From the IMG/VR virus record IMGVR_UViG_3300033487_000003, positions 1 through 64,000 of that record: 64,000 nucleotides of DNA, one strand, 5' to 3'. Below, one piece after another: positions 9,590 through 17,855 of the stretch. This stretch comes from a virus. Taxonomy: Duplodnaviria; Caudoviricetes. The translations under genes were made by a program, and so were the position numbers. Under the pieces are notes generated by a model. That model worked only from the letters and a program-made list of their open reading frames with translations. It did no database searches and had not been told where the DNA came from. Every line of letters begins with the position of its first letter. The first letter of the stretch is position 1.

Positions 9590-9635
9590 TGTCCCCCCGT
9601 TGGACAAAACCAACGGGGGGACGTAGACTTTTGGT
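9590..9635 (+). promoter_or_regulatory. palindromic cassette promoter (leaderless)
   Basis: GTCCCCCCGTTGG-ACAAAA-CCAACGGGGGGAC; -35 TTGGAC, 18 nt, -10 TAGACT, 6 nt, ATG. Confidence 0.8.
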
Positions 9636-10355
9636 ATGACGGACACCACAGACCAACCAGGCGACCGGTCTCCCGAAGACATCGATACCGAACTCGCCGA
9701 ACTGGATGCCACGCTCAGCCGCTGCTATCGCGAGATCGACCACCAGCTGGACCTAGCCCACCGCGCATTCGGGGACACCCCAATGCGCTACCCCCGGGGA
9801 GCCCGGTCGGCGGTCTGGCGCACAACTCCCGAACAGACCCGCGAACGCCTAGCCGTCCGCGCCCGGTCGGCAGATCCGACCACCGCCTGGTTGATCTACA
9901 ACGAGGCAACGATTCTCGCCACCCTCACCAACCTGGACCAAACCGTCGTCACCACAACCGTCCGCATCACTTTGCTGGAAGACGAGTACGACCGGCGACA
10001 GTGGTCCCGATTCTTTCTGGTCACCTCCAGTGATGGACGGATCCATTCCTCCCGGAGCTGCTCTACCTGCCGACCCACCACGGAGTACGGATGGCTCCCG
10101 CGACTGTCCGGCCGTACCGAGGCTGAGGCCGTCAACGAGCACGGACCTCTGCTCTGCTCGGTGTGCTTCCCAACCGCACCGGTCGAGTGGACCCACAAAC
10201 CGGAGCGCTCGCATTGCGCGGGGAGAACTCCGAAGGTCGACACGATCCGCTCTTGGGCCCGTGGCCTGTTCGCCGAGTGCCCTGTCTGCGGAAAGAGCAT
10301 CGACGTCAAGGCGAATGGTGAGCTGAGGAAGCACCAGCCACCGAAGAGCGCCTAG
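9636..10355 (+). CDS. conserved actinophage hypothetical protein with Cys/His motifs
   Basis: IHSSRSCSTC, WLPRLSG, LCSVCFP and CPVC motifs; leaderless start. Confidence 0.7.
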   Translation: MTDTTDQPGDRSPEDIDTELAELDATLSRCYREIDHQLDLAHRAFGDTPMRYPRGARSAVWRTTPEQTRERLAVRARSADPTTAWLIYNEATILATLTNLDQTVVTTTVRITLLEDEYDRRQWSRFFLVTSSDGRIHSSRSCSTCRPTTEYGWLPRLSGRTEAEAVNEHGPLLCSVCFPTAPVEWTHKPERSHCAGRTPKVDTIRSWARGLFAECPVCGKSIDVKANGELRKHQPPKSA

Positions 10356-10375
10356 CACTGACAGGAAGGAACCAC

Positions 10376-10480
10376 ATGGGATACACGAAGATCAAAAGCA
10401 AAATCGTGATAAGTGCCGCAGACGGCTGATACCAGGCTGATAGAGACGTCCTCGACCAGGACGGGAAGAGCCAACCAGCC
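10376..10480 (+). pseudogene. degenerate deletion-riddled copy of the 10505-10768 gene
   Basis: shares AACCACATGG, TACACG, GACGGCTG and AGACGTCCTCGACC blocks; TGA at 10427 where the intact copy has TGG. Confidence 0.6.
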
Positions 10481-10504
10481 CTTTCACCGACAGGGAGAAA
10501 CCAC

Positions 10505-10768
10505 ATGGACGACACCAGGTACACGGACATCAAAACCGCAGAAGACGTCACCGACGAGGTCATGAAGATCGTGCTGGACGTAGTCGACGGCTGGTACCAG
10601 TTCGGTCGGATCGACTGGGAAGACGTCCTCGACCGGGTCGAGGGAAGCGAACTCGAAGACGGAAGCAGGATCGACTTCGGCGACGGACTGAACGAGGCCA
10701 GCACCGACACCAGCGGAGCTATCAAGAAGATCAAGGCCCTTGTCCGGAAGCACCGCCGCAGCCAGTGA
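10505..10768 (+). CDS. small acidic hypothetical protein
   Basis: GGGAGA SD; IDWEDVLDRVEG motif. Confidence 0.65.
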   Translation: MDDTRYTDIKTAEDVTDEVMKIVLDVVDGWYQFGRIDWEDVLDRVEGSELEDGSRIDFGDGLNEASTDTSGAIKKIKALVRKHRRSQ

Positions 10769-10832
10769 CCTAGCTCATAGCGCCTGCCCGTGGGGAAACA
10801 CGGGCAGGCGCACCTACGACAGGAGTAGCACC

Positions 10833-11474
10833 ATGCTGGACACCATGACCGTAACCGTTCCGGAGGGCACCTCTGGCAACGTCTCGATCTGCCGGATGGT
10901 CGCCGGACCACCCTCGCTGCGAGACATGATTCGAGACTCCGAACGCCTGGTACCTGAGGGATACCAGTTCACCGCCCTGTACCGACACGGTTATCTGTGG
11001 ATGTCGGACACCCCAGCCGAACGTAGAGATCACTTTCCCGCGCTACGTAAGGCGCACGAACTGACCGCCCGACGCGTCCTGATCAACGGTCTCGGCCTGG
11101 GGATGGTAGTACAGGGCCTGCTACAGGTTGCCAGCGTCGAGCACATCGACGTCGTGGAGATTGATCCAGATGTGATCGCCCTGGTCGGTGACCACTACCG
11201 TCAGCAGGCGACAGCGGCCGGCAAGACCATTGAGATCCACCAGGACGACGCGTACACGATCCGCTGGCCACGTCAGACCACCTGGGATATCGCATGGTCG
11301 GACATCTGGATGGATGCGACCACCGACAACCTGCCAGAGATGACCCGTCTCAGCCGCCGGTACGGCAGACGAGTCGCCTGGCATGGGCACTGGTTGCGCG
11401 AGACATTGCGAACTATCCAGCGTGAAGAGCGGTTGCTTCAGCGGCAGCGAGCCGCGTTGGTCGGTAGATGGTAG
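10833..11474 (+). CDS. class I SAM-dependent methyltransferase-like protein (spermidine-synthase-like fold)
   Basis: VLINGLGLG, VVEIDPDVI, DDAY and WSDIW motifs; AGGAG SD. Confidence 0.75.
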   Translation: MLDTMTVTVPEGTSGNVSICRMVAGPPSLRDMIRDSERLVPEGYQFTALYRHGYLWMSDTPAERRDHFPALRKAHELTARRVLINGLGLGMVVQGLLQVASVEHIDVVEIDPDVIALVGDHYRQQATAAGKTIEIHQDDAYTIRWPRQTTWDIAWSDIWMDATTDNLPEMTRLSRRYGRRVAWHGHWLRETLRTIQREERLLQRQRAALVGRW

Positions 11475-11483
11475 AAATACCCC

Positions 11484-11530
11484 ACGCCCCCCGTTGGACA
11501 AAACCAACGGGGGGACGTTACAATGGTGGT
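11484..11530 (+). promoter_or_regulatory. palindromic cassette promoter (leaderless)
   Basis: ACGCCCCCCGTTGG-ACAAAA-CCAACGGGGGGACGT; -10 TACAAT + 6 nt + ATG. Confidence 0.8.
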
Positions 11531-12100
11531 ATGGCAGCCGCCATCGAAGATCACGCGATATCCATTCCCATCCCGAGACGGACCACCGTTTCATCCACTC
11601 AACAGAGGATCATCATGACCACGCCAGACCCCACCTCAGCACCAGATCTGTCGAAGCTAGTTGCAACGTTGGATGTGATGACACCGACGTGCGATATCGC
11701 ATTCGTGACAGATTTCCTGGCGTACCACCTCGCCAGCAATCCGCCGGCCGAACCCGAAGGCCCATGGAAACCCGGAAGCGAACATGTTCGCTGGCCCTCT
11801 GTGGCCCGACTGATCGTCGAGCGGTTCGGCGACTTTGAGATCTACGCCAAGGCCGAAGAAAATGCATCCGTGATCGGATATAATGACCTGATTCGCGCGT
11901 CTCTACGTGAATGTCTGAAATGCTGTGAACAGATGACGATAGAGGCTAGTGCACTGCTACACGAGCTGACTCACAAGGTCTACGACGTCGAGTTCGCCGA
12001 GGGTTACCAGGGTGAGGACATGGAGCACATGCTGAAGCAAAACATCAGACACTTCAGGCGTGTCATCGCCCTGTTCGACCAGGCTGTCGCCTTCCACTGA
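11531..12100 (+). CDS. hypothetical protein
   Basis: leaderless start; stop lies inside the next repeat. Confidence 0.6.
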   Translation: MAAAIEDHAISIPIPRRTTVSSTQQRIIMTTPDPTSAPDLSKLVATLDVMTPTCDIAFVTDFLAYHLASNPPAEPEGPWKPGSEHVRWPSVARLIVERFGDFEIYAKAEENASVIGYNDLIRASLRECLKCCEQMTIEASALLHELTHKVYDVEFAEGYQGEDMEHMLKQNIRHFRRVIALFDQAVAFH

Positions 12101-12176
12101 CCAAAAGTCCCACGTCCCCCCGTTGTGCGAAAGCCACGGGGGGACGTAGACTTTGGGTATGACGAACACACAGCAG
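12097..12176 (+). repeat. cassette repeat copy A (promoter hairpin plus first codons)
   Basis: 12097-12161 identical to 13049-13113 (65 bp); 12107-12176 identical to 12596-12665 (70 bp). Confidence 0.95.
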
Positions 12177-12584
12177 ACCACCGATGACCCGACCTATCAG
12201 GTCCGGCGCTTCGCGCACGTCCTTATCCGCACGATTGCCCACCACGGCGGCAAAGAAAAGGTGTTCGTCCAAGCAGATGGAACACTGCGGGTCGTGGCCC
12301 GTAGCGTCGCCGAGGCCAGCGTCATGATTCATCGCGCCGAGCACTACGGACAGGTGAAGCTGTCTGAGATTGCCGACGTCTACCAGGTGCGATTCTGGGG
12401 CACCGATCTGGTGGGTACCTATCCGACAGTGGCGACTCCGACTCGACCGGGCGTCGATGTCCGTACCGGAATGATCATCGATCAGTCCAGCCCTGAACTG
12501 GTCTCCCCCTGGCGATACACCTGTGGACACTGCGGACAGCAGCCCCTACATCACACGTCTACCTGCCCGAACAGGCGACACTGA
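12159..12584 (+). CDS. hypothetical protein (C-terminal CxxC..H..C)
   Basis: leaderless ATG 6 nt after TAGACT. Confidence 0.65.
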   Translation: MTNTQQTTDDPTYQVRRFAHVLIRTIAHHGGKEKVFVQADGTLRVVARSVAEASVMIHRAEHYGQVKLSEIADVYQVRFWGTDLVGTYPTVATPTRPGVDVRTGMIIDQSSPELVSPWRYTCGHCGQQPLHHTSTCPNRRH

Positions 12585-12595
12585 ACTCACCGAAC

Positions 12596-12665
12596 GTCCC
12601 ACGTCCCCCCGTTGTGCGAAAGCCACGGGGGGACGTAGACTTTGGGTATGACGAACACACAGCAG
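12596..12665 (+). repeat. cassette repeat copy B
   Basis: identical to 12107-12176. Confidence 0.95.
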
Positions 12666-13052
12666 CCGACGACCACCCGTACCCGCCGCATCCGTCGTCC
12701 CGGTATCCCGATGACACAGATCAAGGTCACGTGCTCCGCACCTCGTATGGATCCACATTTTCCCGGAATTCGCGCCAGCAAGGGACGGGAGATCTGGGGC
12801 GCCGAATCTACTGATGGCATCTGGACCTATGAGCGCTCTGAAGAGCCAGGCACACCATGGGTAGTGACCCATCAGCCAACAGGTCACATCGAGTTCTTCG
12901 CCTCACTGCCGAAAGCTCGGCGCTGGACCTGTAGTGAGCACGCTATTTCTGACATTTGTCAGGTGCTGACCGCGCGACGACTGTATGAGACTGGAGAAGA
13001 ATCCAGTGACAGTTTGGTCGCCCTGGTCGCGTTGACGGTCCTGGCAGCCTGA
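12648..13052 (+). CDS. hypothetical protein
   Basis: leaderless ATG; first six codons identical to the 12159 gene. Confidence 0.65.
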   Translation: MTNTQQPTTTRTRRIRRPGIPMTQIKVTCSAPRMDPHFPGIRASKGREIWGAESTDGIWTYERSEEPGTPWVVTHQPTGHIEFFASLPKARRWTCSEHAISDICQVLTARRLYETGEESSDSLVALVALTVLAA

Positions 13053-13113
13053 CCAAAAGTCCCACGTCCCCCCGTTGTGCGAAAGCCACGGGGGGACGTA
13101 GACTTTGGGTATG
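13049..13113 (+). repeat. cassette repeat copy C
   Basis: identical to 12097-12161. Confidence 0.95.
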
Positions 13114-13674
13114 GCAAATCGTAAGATCAAGATTCAGGTTGTCCTGGAGATCGAGGTCGACCCACGCACGTGGGCAAAGAACCGCGACCTACTCGACCCC
13201 ACCGGCGGGTATCAGCTCTTCAGGATCTACGAAGACGTCAACAACGCCTTCCAGAACCTAGCGCTCGACTCCAACCTGGTCGAGGAGATGGAAGCGACCG
13301 TCAACGGCATTCGTCCCGATCCCTCGCTCCCTACCCTCCCACCAGCCCTCGTCCGCCAGGACGACGGTACCTATGTCCGCGTCGAGGACGGCTTGCGTAG
13401 TCCCGCAGCGATCTCCCAGACGATGACAGAGCGATTCAGCTACGCCTGCAACGACGGTGAGATCCTCGTGACCGAAGACGACGACGTGTTCCGACTCGAC
13501 TACCAGGGCAACTACTTCCAGAAGCAGGGACCATGTGACTGCCACTTCGGCAGCTGCGATTGCGTACAGACAGGGCGAGAGGTCGTCAACCGGTACGACA
13601 TCGAAGTCGGTGGCGACTACACGACGATGATCACCTGTCCGGACTGTACCGAACGCATGGAACAAAGTATCTGA
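13111..13674 (+). CDS. hypothetical protein with Cys-rich C-terminus
   Basis: leaderless ATG; CDCH..SCDC and CPDC motifs; terminator follows. Confidence 0.65.
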   Translation: MANRKIKIQVVLEIEVDPRTWAKNRDLLDPTGGYQLFRIYEDVNNAFQNLALDSNLVEEMEATVNGIRPDPSLPTLPPALVRQDDGTYVRVEDGLRSPAAISQTMTERFSYACNDGEILVTEDDDVFRLDYQGNYFQKQGPCDCHFGSCDCVQTGREVVNRYDIEVGGDYTTMITCPDCTERMEQSI

Positions 13675-13681
13675 CCAGCTA

Positions 13682-13725
13682 ATACGAAACGGCGCCACGC
13701 TTGGGGGACGTGGCGCCGTTTCGTA
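13682..13725. terminator. bidirectional terminator hairpin
   Basis: 18-bp inverted repeat ATACGAAACGGCGCCACG between convergent genes. Confidence 0.75.
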
Positions 13726-13747
13726 TCGATCAACTATGGCAGTTGGA

Positions 13748-14002
13748 CTATATCAGTCCATCCTGCCCAACGCGCTTACCTACGTCGGCTCCACGACCCG
13801 CCACACCGACTTGCCCTACACTCGCCGAGGAGTCGACCGGAACCGTAGACGAGACCAGCTCATCGCCACTCTTCAACAGCCCGAACGCCGCTACCAGCCC
13901 CCAGCACGCCCCACAAATTCCGATCACGACCAGGACGATCGTCACCCACGGCCAGATCTTCCACTCTCTGGATATCGCCTGTTTTCCTCGATATACGGTC
14001 AT
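13748..14002 (-). CDS. small membrane protein
   Basis: single TM (WVTIVLVVIGIC...); start uncertain. Confidence 0.45.
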   Translation of the reverse strand: MTVYRGKQAISREWKIWPWVTIVLVVIGICGACWGLVAAFGLLKSGDELVSSTVPVDSSASVGQVGVAGRGADVGKRVGQDGLI

Positions 14003-14049
14003 GCCGTAGATCGTATGATCGGTGGCACCGTACAAGGAGCTCCCTGACC

Positions 14050-14178
14050 ATGGAAAAACCACAACCACCGATGTGGGCGAAGATCATCGCCTCGATCATC
14101 GCGGCAACGATCCTGATCTTGATTCTCGCGATCGTCATCGGAGGTCTCGTAAATCTCGTCGTCGCTGTCTGGACCTAG
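14050..14178 (+). CDS. 42-aa membrane peptide (not in the ORF track)
   Basis: AAGGAG SD; MEKPQPPMWAKIIASIIAATILILILAIVIGGLVNLVVAVWT. Confidence 0.55.
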   Translation: MEKPQPPMWAKIIASIIAATILILILAIVIGGLVNLVVAVWT

Positions 14179-14236
14179 AAGAAGAGTCCCAACCAGTTGG
14201 TTGGGACTCTTCACAAAGACGAACTTCCAGCCGACT

Positions 14237-14962
14237 TCAGTCGTTGTCAGTCCAGGAGAACAGAAGCTCTTCCTCGACGGGCTCATCGTCCTTGTCGGGA
14301 GTACGGAGAAGAATGACTTCAGAGTCATCCTCAACATCCAGTCCCGAACTACGCAGTATGTCCAAAAAGTATGACTTGACCGAATTCTTCACACCTTCCA
14401 TGATCTCCGTGAGCGTAAGACGGACCACCTGATGGTCTGTATCTTCCTTCAACCGATACATACTGGAAGAAATCTGCGCCATATTCATAGCATCCTGAGC
14501 GATACGCTTCACCCTCCTGAGCTCCACCCCCATGGCCCTCGGAGATACCAGACTGATCGGACGCCGATCGATCATGCTCAATCCCGCCGCAGCCAGTACC
14601 TGTGTCACCAGCTCTTCTGACAGTCCAGGATCGGTCAGGACAACTCCGATACTTCGGCTGCCCCGCTGGTGGATCAGCCGGTAGTCCGAGCGGTCGACCT
14701 CCGCATCGTCGAGAGCACTTCGCACCGTCCGGCTGATCCCCTCATCGAGAAGACGGAAGAGCTGAGCGTCCGATACCCCCAACACCCTGGCCGCGCGAGT
14801 CATCCGACCACGCTGCTTACCAACCAGCCTACGTAACGCTGCGTTCCGGGCTGCCATGAGTTTCATTTCTTCCTCGCGCCACGTCTCACGGGCAGTGCGT
14901 AATGCTGTATCGGCCGCACGGTAGATCTCGATCTCTAATTCAGATATCTCAATCGTGGTCAT
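14237..14962 (-). CDS. putative HTH DNA-binding protein
   Basis: RMTRAARVLGVSDAQLFRLL HTH-like segment; GAGGAG SD. Confidence 0.6.
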   Translation of the reverse strand: MTTIEISELEIEIYRAADTALRTARETWREEEMKLMAARNAALRRLVGKQRGRMTRAARVLGVSDAQLFRLLDEGISRTVRSALDDAEVDRSDYRLIHQRGSRSIGVVLTDPGLSEELVTQVLAAAGLSMIDRRPISLVSPRAMGVELRRVKRIAQDAMNMAQISSSMYRLKEDTDHQVVRLTLTEIMEGVKNSVKSYFLDILRSSGLDVEDDSEVILLRTPDKDDEPVEEELLFSWTDND

Positions 14963-14983
14963 GATCTTCTCCTCATGTCGTAT

Positions 14984-15030
14984 CCCACCATCCTACGTTG
15001 CGACGTAACCAAACACAACGGGGGGGAGTC
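14984..15030 (-). promoter_or_regulatory. promoter with left-arm half site (CCCCCCCG-TTGTGT-17 nt-TAGGAT)
   Basis: same C-run adjacent to the -35 as the cassette promoters; right arm missing. Confidence 0.65.
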
Positions 15031-15070
15031 GACAAGAGGGGGGTGCCACCACGAACACCGAACCAACGAC

Positions 15071-15100
15071 AAGAGGGTCTACCAGACGGTAGACCCTCTT
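15071..15100. terminator. 13-bp hairpin
   Basis: AAGAGGGTCTACC/GGTAGACCCTCTT. Confidence 0.45.
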
Positions 15101-15333
15101 ACCCCCCAGGAGGACACCACAGCACCCTATGCACCGGTATCCCGCGCTCAAAGCGTCAACGAACATCAATCACAGACCGACATCCGTCCCATCACGCATC
15201 ATCACCTACCAACAGAGCCCAGACCAGTAACCAGCCAGCCAAAGGAAACCAGCCAACCAGACACCCAAGATCAACGCACGGACATGATCACATCCACCAT
15301 ACAATGATCTTCACAGAAACCGGGGAGGTAGTC

Positions 15334-15924
15334 ATGGGAATACAACGGCTTGACCTCGCCACCGACCGAGACCCCTGGGACCGCCAACCAAACGAATCAG
15401 CCAAACAGTACGGACGATTCACGTGCTACCGAGATCTCGGCCGGATACGCACCCTAACCCAGGTACACAAGATCCTGACAGCCAGCGGAGACACACTCAA
15501 ATACGGCACACTACGACAAACCGCCTACGAGTTCAGGTGGACCACCCGCGTCGAAACCTGGGACATCTCCCAAGACCAGGCCGATCGCGAGCAGCTCATC
15601 GCCGAACGCCGCGACATGATCAAACGGCACCGATCCGTCGCCAGCGCACTCCTCACAAAAGCCATACAAGCACTACAAATCATCCCAGTAGCCGAAATGG
15701 AACCCGCAGACGTCGCCCGATACGTCAAGCTCGCCACCGATATCGAGCGCATCGCCATCGGCGAACCACAACGCAGCATCGCCCTCACCGGCCCAACCGG
15801 CGGCCCCATCCAAACCGAAGATCTCACCAATCTGACCGCAGAGGAACGCCGCTCACGTCTTGCAGAGATCGTGTCCGAGCTGTCCCGGAGAGCTGGAATC
15901 GGTGAGGCAGACGAGGACGAATGA
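15334..15924 (+). CDS. terminase small subunit-like protein
   Basis: PWDRQPNES.K.Y..F..YRDLG..RT..QV...RW..RV..WD pattern typical of actinophage TerS-like genes; TACAAT -10 and GGAGG SD. Confidence 0.65.
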   Translation: MGIQRLDLATDRDPWDRQPNESAKQYGRFTCYRDLGRIRTLTQVHKILTASGDTLKYGTLRQTAYEFRWTTRVETWDISQDQADREQLIAERRDMIKRHRSVASALLTKAIQALQIIPVAEMEPADVARYVKLATDIERIAIGEPQRSIALTGPTGGPIQTEDLTNLTAEERRSRLAEIVSELSRRAGIGEADEDE

Positions 15925-15969
15925 TCACATCCATGCCATGATCGGATCACCAGACAGAGGGGGACCACC

Positions 15970-16260
15970 ATGTCACACGACCAGCAACCACCAGCAACCC
16001 CCATACCAGCATCCACCGGACAAACCATCGGACACCTCGCCGCTAGCTTCGCCGCTACCGTGATTGTGATGCTGGTGCAATTCGGGGTACCGATCAGCCC
16101 CGAGCAGCAAGCCGCCATCCTGTCAGTGATCGTGACCGGATGGGCGTTCGGCTCAGCGATATACGCGTTTTGGCACCGTTCCCGAACCAACACCATCGCC
16201 ATCGCCGCTCACCAGCAACAGGTCACAGCACCGACCCTGCCAGCGGCCGAACCACGCTGA
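15970..16260 (+). CDS. holin-like two-TM membrane protein
   Basis: two TM helices, QQAAI..V and basic RSRT after TM2. Confidence 0.5.
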   Translation: MSHDQQPPATPIPASTGQTIGHLAASFAATVIVMLVQFGVPISPEQQAAILSVIVTGWAFGSAIYAFWHRSRTNTIAIAAHQQQVTAPTLPAAEPR

Positions 16261-16284
16261 CCCAACCACCCGAGAGAGGCACAG

Positions 16285-16971
16285 ATGGGAGACCTTCCAC
16301 TCGCCGACGGCACCCACAGAGACGGCACCCACAGAATCCGCATGTTCCCGCTCGACGAAATCCCCCCGGCTGATCACAACCCGAAACTTCACGACATCAT
16401 CCACCTACGCCAACTCATCAGCCGTTTCGGATACACCACACCTGGACTGCTCGACGACCGTACCGGGAGACTGATCGTGGGCCACGGCCGCCGTGAAGCA
16501 CTCCTCGCGATGCGAGCCGACGGCGAAACCCCACCCCGGGGAATCGGGATAACCGACGAAAACCAGTGGCTAGTACCCGTGATCACCGGATGGTCATCGA
16601 CGAGCGACGCCGAAGCCGCCGCCTACCTGGTCGGCGACAACCAGGCCACCATCAACGGCGGATGGAACAACGAAGAACTTCAACACCTTATCGACGAGAT
16701 CGAAAAGGTAGATCCCACCCTCGTTGAGATGACCGGCGTCGACCTCGACGCCCTGAACGACCTGATCAAAGCGAACGAGCCCCCGGACCTAGACGACCTC
16801 GCCGCGAAACTGGGAGATCCTCAGGAGTCCGACACGTGGCCATCAGCCCGGATAACCGCCCCACCCCACGTCATCGCCGCGTGGCGTGACCAGGTCTCCC
16901 AGTACGCCGACGACGATCACCCCGAGGCATCCGCGCTCGCCGCGCTCCTGGAAGTCGACCTCTGCTTATGA
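16285..16971 (+). CDS. ParB/Sulfiredoxin N-terminal-like domain protein
   Basis: NPKLHD...SRFGYTTPGLLD.RTGRLIVGHGRREAL...AYLVGDN..GGW. Confidence 0.75.
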   Translation: MGDLPLADGTHRDGTHRIRMFPLDEIPPADHNPKLHDIIHLRQLISRFGYTTPGLLDDRTGRLIVGHGRREALLAMRADGETPPRGIGITDENQWLVPVITGWSSTSDAEAAAYLVGDNQATINGGWNNEELQHLIDEIEKVDPTLVEMTGVDLDALNDLIKANEPPDLDDLAAKLGDPQESDTWPSARITAPPHVIAAWRDQVSQYADDDHPEASALAALLEVDLCL

Positions 16972-17855
16972 TAGAGATCGTTTCCTACCCGATCGACGTC
17001 CTGACCTCGTATCACTACTTCCGCACGGATGCCGAACGCATGGCCAATCTCCACGACCAGGGCATCATGCGGTTCGTCGCCGACTCTGGCGCGTTCTCCG
17101 CCCACCAGCTCGGCGCGACCATCAAACTCGCCGATTACGCGGCGTGGTGCCACCAACTCCGCAGCCGTCTGCACTGGTGCGCGGCCCTCGACGTCATCGG
17201 CGACCCACAAGCCTCCTGGACCAACTGGACAACTCTCCAAGATCGCCATCACCTACAGACCGTACCAACCCTGCACGCCGGTACCGACCCGAAATGGCTC
17301 GACGCATACGCCCGACAAGGCGTCGACCTCATCGGCCTCGGAGGAATGGCAGGTCTCGGCCAGGCCCCCCGCGCATACCGATGGGCGGTCCACACGATTC
17401 GACACGCTAGGGATCACTGGCCCCAGATGCGATTTCACTTCTGGGGAGTGACCGGCTGGCAGTTCCTGGAAACCCTACCGGCCTGGTCAGCGGACTCATC
17501 CGGTTTCCTCGGTAACGCCCGTAGGTGGGGAATAATAAGGATCTTCAATCCAAAAACTGGAAAAGTCGTGCTCGCTAGTCTGCGCCGCGACGCCGGAAAC
17601 ACCCTCTACAAGATCGCCCCCCTGCTCCGGGAGACCTACGGAATCGACCCGGCAACCATCCAGACATCCGGTGAGACGAACCGCGCCACGATCATGCGCC
17701 TAGCCATCGGCTCATCCCAGCGCTACGCCACCTGGCTACAACAACGCCACCAGGTGACAGCACCTGCCAGCTACCACGGCGAGGCGACCACCGGACCACG
17801 CATCTACGTCGTCTCGGGGAAGATCGGAGACCTGGAAGCGGCGGTCCACGAATGA
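16968..17855 (+). CDS. TGT-fold (DpdA-like) guanine transglycosylase, paralogue 1
   Basis: SYHY, ADSGAFS, LDVIGD, PTLH, IGLGG, FHFWG and SADSS motifs; no CxCxxC Zn site. Confidence 0.7.
   Translation: MIEIVSYPIDVLTSYHYFRTDAERMANLHDQGIMRFVADSGAFSAHQLGATIKLADYAAWCHQLRSRLHWCAALDVIGDPQASWTNWTTLQDRHHLQTVPTLHAGTDPKWLDAYARQGVDLIGLGGMAGLGQAPRAYRWAVHTIRHARDHWPQMRFHFWGVTGWQFLETLPAWSADSSGFLGNARRWGIIRIFNPKTGKVVLASLRRDAGNTLYKIAPLLRETYGIDPATIQTSGETNRATIMRLAIGSSQRYATWLQQRHQVTAPASYHGEATTGPRIYVVSGKIGDLEAAVHE

Noticed and set aside
12097-13113. Regular repeats suggesting a CRISPR array, with a Cas4-like nuclease nearby
   Set aside because: Repeats are 65-70 bp with 400+ bp coding spacers and contain promoter boxes; no cas1, cas2 or effector genes; the nuclease is a stand-alone phage exonuclease
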